From the NCBI GenBank assembly GCA_963748625.1, contig CAVVJT010000006.1, positions 44,603-108,602 on the forward strand: DNA of 64,000 bases. The letters are read 5' to 3'. Shown piece by piece: positions 9,038 through 16,124 of this stretch. Every line of letters begins with the position of its first letter. The first letter of the stretch is position 1. A program made the position numbers and the translations under genes. Origin of the DNA: an uncultured Chloroflexia bacterium (GTDB lineage Bacteria > Chloroflexota > Limnocylindria > Limnocylindrales > CSP1-4). The notes beneath the pieces were generated by a model, which was not told the DNA's origin, made no database searches, and saw only the letters and a program-made list of their open reading frames with translations.

Positions 9038-10801
9038 CTACTCCCGAACGCGCCCCTGGTCGGTGAGCCTCGGCGCCAGGGCCAGGAGTTCCGTGGCCAC
9101 GTCAACCCCACGCGCCCCCAGGCGCTCGAGCAGCGCGAAGACCTGGTCCCGATCCTGGTGGCAGAACAGCACGACGACCCGCGGCGCGTCGGGGCGCCCA
9201 TCGGCGGCGACGCTGCCCGCACCGACCAGCTCCGCATCGAGGGCCATTGCCTCACTCTCGTAGACCGGGACCGTCGCTGGGTCCAGGCCACCCTCCATGA
9301 GCCCCTCGCCGATGACCCGCACGATCTCCGCGCGATCACGTCCGCGCAGGTAGGCGAGGGTCTCCTTGAGCACGACCCGCTGCGCCCGCTGCGCGGCGAG
9401 GCGCCCGATCCCCCGCAGCGTGTCGTCCGGCCGGTCGCCGGCGGTCCCGATGATGGCGGTCACGGGCGCGACCCCTTCGGCCTCCCCGCCGGCGATCGCC
9501 GACGCGACGTCGAGGATCGCCTCCGTGCCGGCCTCGTTGTGCGCGAAGTCCACGATGATCGTCCGACGGCCGAGGCGGAACAGGTTGAGTCGCCCCGGCG
9601 AGAGGTCTGCAGACGGCCGGAAGTCCAGGAGCCCGGCCGAGACCTGCTCGCGCGTCGCACCCAGCGCCCGTGCCCCGCCGGCCGCCGCCAGCGCGTTCGC
9701 GACGTTGTGCCTCGCCAGGCCGCCCAGCGCGACGGGCAGGTCGGCGACGTCGAGCAGGGCTTGCGCGGCGGCGCCGTCCCATTCGACCAGCCGGCCCCGA
9801 TCGAGGACCCAGGCGAGCCCGCCCGCGCGCCGGTGGCGCGCGAGGAGCGGCGAGGAACCCGGGTCCATCGAGAAGTAGGCCACGCGCGCTCGTACCCGGC
9901 GCGCGATGCTCGCCACGAGCGGGTCGTCGGCGTTGAGCACGACGAGTCCGCCGGGCTTCGTCACGCGGCACACCGTCGCCTTGACCTCGGCGAGCTCCGG
10001 GAGCGTGTGGATGCCCTGCAGATCGAGGTGGTCCGCCGAGATGTTGGTGAACACACTCGCCTCGTTGGACTCATAGCCCATGCCCCGCAGGACGAGGCCG
10101 CCGCGCGCCGTCTCCAGGACCGCCACGTCCACGTCGTCCCGGCGCAGGACCGCCGCCGCGCCACCCGGCCCGGTCCAGTCCCCGGCGTCGACCATGCGCT
10201 CGTCCACGAGGATCCCGTCGCTGGTCGTCGTGCCGACGTGGTGCCCGGCCAGCAGCAGGATGTGGGTGATCAGCCGGGTGACGGTCGACTTGCCGTTGGT
10301 CCCGGTGATGGACACGACGGAGATCCGCCGATCGGCGTCGCGGATCCAGGCCGGCGGGGCAGCGCCGGCCTCCGCGATCCGGGCCTCCCAGCTGTCCACG
10401 AGGCGTTCCTGGGTCATCGTCAGGTGCACGCGACGGGCCGCCGAGACAGACCGGCCGGCGAGGTCCACCGCGGCCTCCGCGAGCAGGCGGGCCCGCTCGG
10501 CGCCCGACCAGGGCCAGGTGATCACCCATCGGCCGGCATCCGACGCCCGGTGGACGACCGCGGGACCCGCATGCTCGCCATGGTCGGCGCGGAGCCGCCG
10601 GGTCCAGGCCACGATATCCGCCACGGGATCCGGCCACTCGCGCATCGGCACCGGACGGGCGAGATGCACGGTGGACCCATCCGAAGGCGTCCGGGATCCC
10701 TTCCAGGTGCGCGTCCGGCCGACGGTGACTTCGACCTTGACCACCGGCAGCAGCCGGTAGACGTTGGGGCCCTCGAGCAGCCGGATCTCCACGAGTCGCA
10801 C
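9038..10801 (-). CDS. Cyanophycin-synthetase-like protein: CphA N-domain joined directly to the Mur-ligase (M) domain, with no ATP-grasp domain
   Basis: 587 aa. MRLVEIRLLEGPNVYRLLPVV parallels the start of the CphA N-domain. P-loop SITGTNGKST already at residues 165-173. M-domain blocks align by eye with cphA (TSDGILVD, ETARGGLVLRGMGYE, NISADHLD, NADDPLV, PGRLNL, DFAHNEAG). Confidence 0.85.
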   Translation of the reverse strand: MRLVEIRLLEGPNVYRLLPVVKVEVTVGRTRTWKGSRTPSDGSTVHLARPVPMREWPDPVADIVAWTRRLRADHGEHAGPAVVHRASDAGRWVITWPWSGAERARLLAEAAVDLAGRSVSAARRVHLTMTQERLVDSWEARIAEAGAAPPAWIRDADRRISVVSITGTNGKSTVTRLITHILLLAGHHVGTTTSDGILVDERMVDAGDWTGPGGAAAVLRRDDVDVAVLETARGGLVLRGMGYESNEASVFTNISADHLDLQGIHTLPELAEVKATVCRVTKPGGLVVLNADDPLVASIARRVRARVAYFSMDPGSSPLLARHRRAGGLAWVLDRGRLVEWDGAAAQALLDVADLPVALGGLARHNVANALAAAGGARALGATREQVSAGLLDFRPSADLSPGRLNLFRLGRRTIIVDFAHNEAGTEAILDVASAIAGGEAEGVAPVTAIIGTAGDRPDDTLRGIGRLAAQRAQRVVLKETLAYLRGRDRAEIVRVIGEGLMEGGLDPATVPVYESEAMALDAELVGAGSVAADGRPDAPRVVVLFCHQDRDQVFALLERLGARGVDVATELLALAPRLTDQGRVRE

Positions 10802-10810
10802 GGTTCGGAA

Positions 10811-10816
10811 ACTCTA
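10811..10816 (-). promoter_or_regulatory. -10-like TAGAGT box 9 nt upstream of the GTG start of the CphA-like gene
   Basis: The reverse strand reads TAGAGTttccgaaccGTG with no SD. Same TAGAnT type as upstream of cphB and the M20 gene. Confidence 0.3.
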
Positions 10817-10878
10817 CGCGAGCGGGCACCGCGGCGACTGCCCGCTCCGGCGCCACGTGGCGCGGGGTCGTGTGCCGA

Positions 10879-10884
10879 TAGACT
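10879..10884 (+). promoter_or_regulatory. -10-like TAGACT box 6 nt upstream of the ATG of the M20 peptidase gene
   Basis: gccgaTAGACTggccgcATG with no SD. The hexamer is identical to the one before cphB. Confidence 0.3.
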
Positions 10885-10890
10885 GGCCGC

Positions 10891-12141
10891 ATGGTTCGCT
10901 CCGACAACGCCCTCGTCGCACCGGAAGAGCTCGCCGCGCTGCGGGCGAGCATCGAGCGGGCCTACCCGGCCTATCTCGCCGACCTCGAACGGCTCGTGAA
11001 CACGGACTGCGGCAGCTACACGAAGGCCGGCGTGGACGCCATCGGCCACTGGACCGCGGAGCGGCTCCGGATCCTGGGCTTTGCGGTGACGGCGCACGAG
11101 AACGACGAGGACCTGGGCGAGACGGTCATCGGCGAGCTGCGAGGGACCGACCCTGACGGGCCGACGCTCCTCTGCATCGGCCACATGGACACGGTCTTCG
11201 ACCCCGGGACGGTCGAGGAGCGGCCGTTCGCCATCCAGGGGGGCATCGCCACGGGCCCCGGTGTCACGGACATGAAGAGCGGGCTGCTGGCAGGGCTGCA
11301 CGCGATCGCCGCCGTGCGCGAGGTCCTGGGCGGCGTCCCGTTCGCGCGCCTGGTGTTCGTCGCCAATCCGGACGAAGAGATCGGGTCGCCGGTGTCCACG
11401 CCGCACATCCGGCGGCTCGCCCGCGAGGCCGATGCATGCCTGGTCTTCGAGTGCGCGCGCGGGAACGGCGACATCGTGTCGTCGCGGAAGGGGACGCTGG
11501 ACCTGGTCGTCACGGTGACCGGGCGGGCGGCCCATGCCGGCGTTGAGCCCGAGAAGGGGCGCAGCGCGGTCCTCGAGGCCGCCCGGATCACGCTGGACCT
11601 CCACGCGCTCAACGGGCGCTGGGCGGGGGTCACGGTCAACGTCGGGGTCATCGAGGGCGGCACGCGGCCGAACGTTGTCGCGGAGCGATGCTCGCTCGAG
11701 GTGGATGTGCGGGCGGTGACGCGCGAGGGCCTGGAGGGGGTCGAGGCGGCGATCGCCCGCGTCCTCGCGCCGCAGCTCGTGCCGGACGTCACGGTGGAGT
11801 CCGTCCAGACCGGCCGTCACTGGCCGATGGAGAAGCTGGAGCGGTCCTGCAGGCTCGTCGAGCGTGCCGTGAGCCTCGCCGACGAGCTGGGCTTCGAGCT
11901 CCGTGACGCCATGACCGGCGGAGCGTCGGACGCGAACACGACTGCGGGCATGGGCGTGCCCACGCTCGACGGGCTGGGCCCCATCGGCGGGATGGACCAC
12001 TCGCCGCAGGAGTACCTGGAGGTCGCGTCGATCGTTCCCCGGACCACGCTGCTCGCCGCGTTGATCGTGGCCGTCGGGCGCGACCCCGAAGTCCGGCGCT
12101 GGCGGGCCGAACGCCTGGCGAGGACGGGTGTCGCGCGGTGA
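10891..12141 (+). CDS. M20 family metallopeptidase (carboxypeptidase G2 / glutamate carboxypeptidase-like)
   Basis: 416 aa. Metal and catalytic motifs LLCIGHMDTVF, GPGVTDMKSG, VANPDEEIGS, GRAAHAG, GGMDHSPQEY. Confidence 0.85.
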   Translation: MVRSDNALVAPEELAALRASIERAYPAYLADLERLVNTDCGSYTKAGVDAIGHWTAERLRILGFAVTAHENDEDLGETVIGELRGTDPDGPTLLCIGHMDTVFDPGTVEERPFAIQGGIATGPGVTDMKSGLLAGLHAIAAVREVLGGVPFARLVFVANPDEEIGSPVSTPHIRRLAREADACLVFECARGNGDIVSSRKGTLDLVVTVTGRAAHAGVEPEKGRSAVLEAARITLDLHALNGRWAGVTVNVGVIEGGTRPNVVAERCSLEVDVRAVTREGLEGVEAAIARVLAPQLVPDVTVESVQTGRHWPMEKLERSCRLVERAVSLADELGFELRDAMTGGASDANTTAGMGVPTLDGLGPIGGMDHSPQEYLEVASIVPRTTLLAALIVAVGRDPEVRRWRAERLARTGVAR

Positions 12142-12524
12142 GTCGCCGCCACGTCGGGAGCGGAGGGCCCTGGGAGGCACGCGCCGGCTACTCGCGGGCC
12201 CTGGCCGTGGGCGACGCCTGCTTTGTGGCGGGCACCACGGACGCTGGGCCTGACGGCGAGTCGCGGAACCCGGGCGACGCCGCGGGCCAGGCGCGCGCGG
12301 CATTCGCGATCGTCGAGGGCGCGCTGATCGAGGCGGGCTTTGCCCTTGACGACGTGGTCAGGACCCGGATGTACGTCGTGGACCCGGGCGATGCCGACGT
12401 CGTCGCGGCGGTTCACGGCGAGCTGTTCCGGCATGTTCGGCCGGCCGCAACCCTGGTCGTGGTCGCGGGTCTGATGCGCCCCAGCCTCCGCGTCGAGGTG
12501 GAGGCGGAGGCCCGGCGCGGCTGA
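12138..12524 (+). CDS. RidA/YjgF/TdcF family protein
   Basis: 128 aa. YSRALAVGDACFVAGTT...QARAAFAIVEGALIEAGFALDDVVRTRMYV...PAATLVVVAGL. The GTGA overlap with the M20 stop indicates translational coupling. Confidence 0.85.
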   Translation: MSRRHVGSGGPWEARAGYSRALAVGDACFVAGTTDAGPDGESRNPGDAAGQARAAFAIVEGALIEAGFALDDVVRTRMYVVDPGDADVVAAVHGELFRHVRPAATLVVVAGLMRPSLRVEVEAEARRG

Positions 12525-12542
12525 GCGGAGGCGGGCCTCCGC
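12525..12542 (+). terminator. Weak terminator-like hairpin after the RidA gene
   Basis: GCGGAGG-cggg-CCTCCGC, a 7-bp stem immediately after the stop codon. No T-tract. Confidence 0.3.
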
Positions 12543-12545
12543 CAT

Positions 12546-12894
12546 GCGGACCTGCGCCCGTCGCGCCCGTCGCGGGCTGTGAGCCTGGTTCCTGTCGGAT
12601 GCCCGTGGAGCGGACCGTGTCCGGCCATCTGCCACCGGTGGGTCGGGTCGGGTGGACACCGGGCACCGTGGTGCGTGCCTGGGCTCGCCATCACGCGCGC
12701 GACCCTCCCGCCGCTGGTCCATCACGCGGACCGTAGGCGAGACGCTCCTGCCTACCGTCCGCCACCCGGACGGATGGCGGAAGGACCGCCGTCCGGAGCC
12801 GATACCGTCCGTGGAGCGGACCGCTGGCGGGATGGGGCGAGATAGCGTCCGCTGGGCGGACAATCGGCGGGAAGCGGGGCGGAAGTGGGGCGGG
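12546..12894. repeat. Intergenic cluster of GCGGACC heptamers, GTCCG/CGGAC inverted repeats and a G-run tract
   Basis: GCGGACC at 12546, 12610, 12726 and 12816 (GCGGACA at 12856). Inverted repeats CGGAC-cgt-GTCCG (12611), CCGTCCG-ccacc-CGGACGG (12755), GGAC-cgcc-GTCC (12783) and GTCCG-ctggg-CGGAC (12847). The 14-nt CGTGGAGCGGACCG occurs twice. GGG/GGGG/GGGG/GGG runs at 12869-12894. Confidence 0.6.
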
Positions 12895-12913
12895 AACGGC
12901 CCACCACGTCCGG

Positions 12914-13246
12914 TCAGCCCAGGCTCAGCATCCGGGCCAGCGCCACGAATGCGACGCCCGCGATCAGCCCCAGGAGCAGGTTCCTGCGCCAGGCGACCAC
13001 GGCCACGCACACTAGCACCCCCAGGATCTCCGGGCCCAGGACGATCGACCGCGCCCCCGCGTCGTCCGTCCGGACGAGGGTCTGGGTTGCCGCGATGGAC
13101 GCCAGGATGGCAGGCCCGACGAGCCGGAGGTAGACAAGGGCACGGGGCGGCAGGCGCTCGATGCCCGGCGCCAGGAGCGGCACGGCCCGGGAGGGGTACG
13201 TGACAGCTGCCATCAGCAGCGCGAGGAGAACGAGCTCCGTGCTCAA
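12914..13246 (-). CDS. azlD: Branched-chain amino acid transport protein AzlD
   Basis: 110 aa, three hydrophobic segments. MSTELVLLALLMAAVTYPSRAVPLL is typical of AzlD. 4-nt overlap with azlC. Confidence 0.8.
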   Translation of the reverse strand: MSTELVLLALLMAAVTYPSRAVPLLAPGIERLPPRALVYLRLVGPAILASIAATQTLVRTDDAGARSIVLGPEILGVLVCVAVVAWRRNLLLGLIAGVAFVALARMLSLG

Positions 13247-14049
13247 GGCGTCCCCCCGGCCGGCAGCTCGTCGACCTCGGCCATCGCCTCGTCAAGGTCC
13301 ACGCGCAGGCCCGTGAGGTCCGACTCCGGCGCCACCTGCGAGCCGCCGTCGGGTATCGCCATGCCGATCAGCGGTCCGAGGAGGCCTCCGGCCACGATCC
13401 CGACGCTCGGCCCGAGGAGCAGCGAGAACAGCACGCCGATCGCCGCGCCCGCCCCCGCGGCGACGATCTCGCGGCGGCCGGTCGCGAGGCCCACCGCCAG
13501 GCCGGCCATCGCGGCCGGGAACACGACGTCGAGCCCGTACGCGGAAGGGTCGACGATCGCGCCGCCCAGCAGCACCCCGGCGAGCGTGGCGAGGTTCCAC
13601 GGGATGAACACGCCCAGGACCGCCCCAATCCAGTAGCCCGGGACGTCCACGCGCCCGATCCGGTGGAAGTGGGTGGCGGCAAGTGCGAACGCCTCGTCGG
13701 TGAGCACGTGGGCCATCGCGGCGCGCTGGAGGAACGGGAGCTGTCGCAGCCGCGGCGCCAGCGATGCGCTGTAGAGCAGGTGGCGGGCGTTCAGGAAGAA
13801 CGTGAGCACGAGGATGGGCAGCCAGGGCAGGCCGGCGCTCACGTAGCCCACGGCCGCGAACTGCGCCGCGCCGGAGAAGGCAAACACGCTCATCGCGGCC
13901 GCCTCGATGGTCGAGTAGCCGGCGTCGCGGGCGGCCAGCCCGAACACGAACCCGAACCCGACGGCAGATACGGCGATGCCCGCGGTGTCCAGGAGGAGGC
14001 GGTGGCGCGCGGCCCGCAGCTCGGCGTCGGCCCCGTTAGTGTCGCTCAA
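13243..14049 (-). CDS. azlC: AzlC family branched-chain amino acid permease component
   Basis: From ORF 13243..14145. GFVFGLAARDAGYS...MSVFAFSGAAQFAAVG...FFLNARHLLYSASL. Start placed at the in-frame TTG at 14049 to avoid overlapping the upstream small gene; the start is uncertain. Confidence 0.8.
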   Translation of the reverse strand: MSDTNGADAELRAARHRLLLDTAGIAVSAVGFGFVFGLAARDAGYSTIEAAAMSVFAFSGAAQFAAVGYVSAGLPWLPILVLTFFLNARHLLYSASLAPRLRQLPFLQRAAMAHVLTDEAFALAATHFHRIGRVDVPGYWIGAVLGVFIPWNLATLAGVLLGGAIVDPSAYGLDVVFPAAMAGLAVGLATGRREIVAAGAGAAIGVLFSLLLGPSVGIVAGGLLGPLIGMAIPDGGSQVAPESDLTGLRVDLDEAMAEVDELPAGGTP

Positions 14050-14065
14050 GCGGCCCGCCGGGGGA

Positions 14066-14338
14066 CTAGCGCAGGAAGGACTTCGCGCAGGTCCCGTCGC
14101 AGACCGTGAAGACCGCGCGCTTCTCGATGGCGTAGCCCGCGGCATGCAGGAGGCCGGCGCAGCCCGTGGTGGGGCACTTCCACACCCACCATCGGTCGTT
14201 GTGGTCCAGGGGGATGGCCTCGGCCTTGAGCTTGTCGGCGAGACCCTCGCGCCCCCCGATCAGCTCGGCGACACAGGCCGCGCGAACGGCCTCGGTCTCG
14301 CTGGTGTAGGGGTAGTTCTGGCCGACGTTCGAGGTCAC
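14066..14338 (-). CDS. Small Cys-rich hypothetical protein (about 90 aa)
   Basis: 3' end of shadow ORF 14066..15481. A GTG start has GGAGG 6 nt upstream. VTSNVGQNYPYTSETEAVRAACVAELIGGREGLADKLKAEAIPLDHNDRWWVWKCPTTGCAGLLHAAGYAIEKRAVFTVCDGTCAKSFLR, with CxxxxC...CxxxC at the C-terminus. Confidence 0.55.
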   Translation of the reverse strand: MTSNVGQNYPYTSETEAVRAACVAELIGGREGLADKLKAEAIPLDHNDRWWVWKCPTTGCAGLLHAAGYAIEKRAVFTVCDGTCAKSFLR

Positions 14339-14459
14339 GGGCGCCTCCGCTGTCCACACGGGGCCGGCGGCAGATCGGTGTGAACGCGGCTGCCACCGGC
14401 TGGCGGAGGATACCACCCGGCGGCGGCTGCTCCGGGCCGTCCGCCACCCGTCCGAGGGC

Positions 14460-16124
14460 TCATCGAACCGCCGGCAGCCCCGCGCTCCGGGGATCCGTGG
14501 CAGCGGCCAGGGATCCGGCCGCCGCGGGTCCGCCGTCCACCAGCTCGATGGCGTGCTCGTGCCCCAGGCCGCCCTCGTACGAGACGTGCCCGAGTCGGTG
14601 CCCCCGCTCGAGGAGCCCCGCCACCACCCCGTCCCCGAGCTCGCCGTCCGTGAGGACGCGCACGGGCGGCGCGAGCCATCCGTCCGGCTCGACCGTGATC
14701 CGGGGCGCCGCAACCGCGGTCGCGATGTCCGCCCCGCCGTCCACCAGTGCGGACACGAGCTGGACGTGGATCTGGGGCTGGATGTCGCCGCCCATGGACC
14801 CGGCAACGACCCACGGGCGCCGTTCTCCTTCGCGGAACAGCATCCCGGGCATGAGGGTATGGGCCGTTCGCTTGCGCGGCTCGAGGACGTTGGGGTGGGA
14901 CGGATCCAGCGAGAACGACGCGCCGCGGTTCTGGAAGTGCACGCCTGTCGCCGGGTCCAGGACGCCGGACCCGAAGCCCGCCGCATTCGACTGGATGAGG
15001 CTGACGGCGTTGCCCTCGGCGTCCACGACGCCCAGCCAGATCGTGCCGCCCACGAGGGTGCGAGCCGGGGGCGGTGCCGGGTCGGCGCGTGACGGATCGA
15101 CCCGGGCGGCCAGCGCCAAGGCGTGCTCTCGCGAGAGGAGCCGCTCCACCGGGACGTCGCGGAACCCAGGGTCCGTGAGCAGCCGGTCGCGGTCCCCGAA
15201 GGCGAGCTTGGCGGCCTCGAGCTGGAGGTGTGGCCAGGCGGCGTCGGACCAGCCGTGACCGGTGAAGCGGGCGCCCGGCGGGGGCTCGAACTGCTCCAGG
15301 ACGTTGAGGATCTCGAGGGCCAGAACGCCGCTGCTGTTGGGCGGGTGCGTCGTGACCCGGACGCCCCGGTACGTGGTGGAGATCGGTGAGCCCCAGGTGC
15401 TGCGGTGCTCCCGCAGGTCGGCCGCGGTGTGCGCGCCGCCGAACGCCCGCAGCCCGGCCGCGATCCGCTCACCCAGGTCACCGTCGTAGCAGGCGTCGAA
15501 GCCGTCGACGGCGAGGGTGCGCAGGGAGGCGGCCAGCGCGGGGAGCCGGATCAGCTCGCCGTGCCGCCACGGGCGCCCCTCGGGCCGCCACACGCTCCGG
15601 AACCCGGCCGTCCACGGCTCCCGGCCCAGGCTCGCCTCCGTCCCCTCCACGGCGTCCACCAGCCCGGCCCACGCCGGGAACCCGGCCGCCGCGTGCTCGA
15701 TCGCCGCCGCGAGCACCGCGTCGCGGGACAGGCGGCCCCAGCGGCGATGGGCATCGGCCCAGGAGCGAACCGCGCCCGGGACCGTGATGGCGAGCGGCCC
15801 GCGCAGCGGAATCCGGTCCAGGCCACGGTCGCGCAGCCCGGCGGCGTCCACCCCGGCCGGTGAGCGCCCGGAGCCGTTGAGGGCCACCTGCTCGCCGGCC
15901 GCCTCGTCCCACACCAGCCAGAACGCGTCGCCGCCGATCCCACAACCGTTGGGCATCACCACGCCCAGCACGGCGTTGGTGGCGATGGCGGCGTCCACGG
16001 CATGCCCGCCGGCCGCAAGCACGGCCAACCCGGCCGCCGTCGCGAGATGATGCGGCGCCACGACGGCACCGCGGGTTCCGCGGACCAGCCGGGCGGGAAC
16101 GAGCGCCACGTCAGGCTCTGGCAT
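14460..16124 (-). CDS. ggt: Gamma-glutamyltranspeptidase family Ntn-hydrolase
   Basis: 554 aa. VVAPHHLATAAGLAVLAAGGHAVDAAIA, GIGGDAFWLV, predicted autoprocessing site LVGG|TIWLGVVDAEGNAVSLIQSN, GSMGGDIQPQ. Confidence 0.9.
   Translation of the reverse strand: MPEPDVALVPARLVRGTRGAVVAPHHLATAAGLAVLAAGGHAVDAAIATNAVLGVVMPNGCGIGGDAFWLVWDEAAGEQVALNGSGRSPAGVDAAGLRDRGLDRIPLRGPLAITVPGAVRSWADAHRRWGRLSRDAVLAAAIEHAAAGFPAWAGLVDAVEGTEASLGREPWTAGFRSVWRPEGRPWRHGELIRLPALAASLRTLAVDGFDACYDGDLGERIAAGLRAFGGAHTAADLREHRSTWGSPISTTYRGVRVTTHPPNSSGVLALEILNVLEQFEPPPGARFTGHGWSDAAWPHLQLEAAKLAFGDRDRLLTDPGFRDVPVERLLSREHALALAARVDPSRADPAPPPARTLVGGTIWLGVVDAEGNAVSLIQSNAAGFGSGVLDPATGVHFQNRGASFSLDPSHPNVLEPRKRTAHTLMPGMLFREGERRPWVVAGSMGGDIQPQIHVQLVSALVDGGADIATAVAAPRITVEPDGWLAPPVRVLTDGELGDGVVAGLLERGHRLGHVSYEGGLGHEHAIELVDGGPAAAGSLAAATDPRSAGLPAVR

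Noticed and set aside
14460-16124. GGT-family hydrolase as the missing isoaspartyl peptidase of the cyanophycin pathway
   Set aside because: Both are Ntn hydrolases, but the motifs here (GIGGDAFWLV, GG|TIWL...SLIQSN, GSMGGD) are those of the gamma-glutamyltranspeptidase family, not of plant-type asparaginase/IaaA. The gene also sits in a separate operon.
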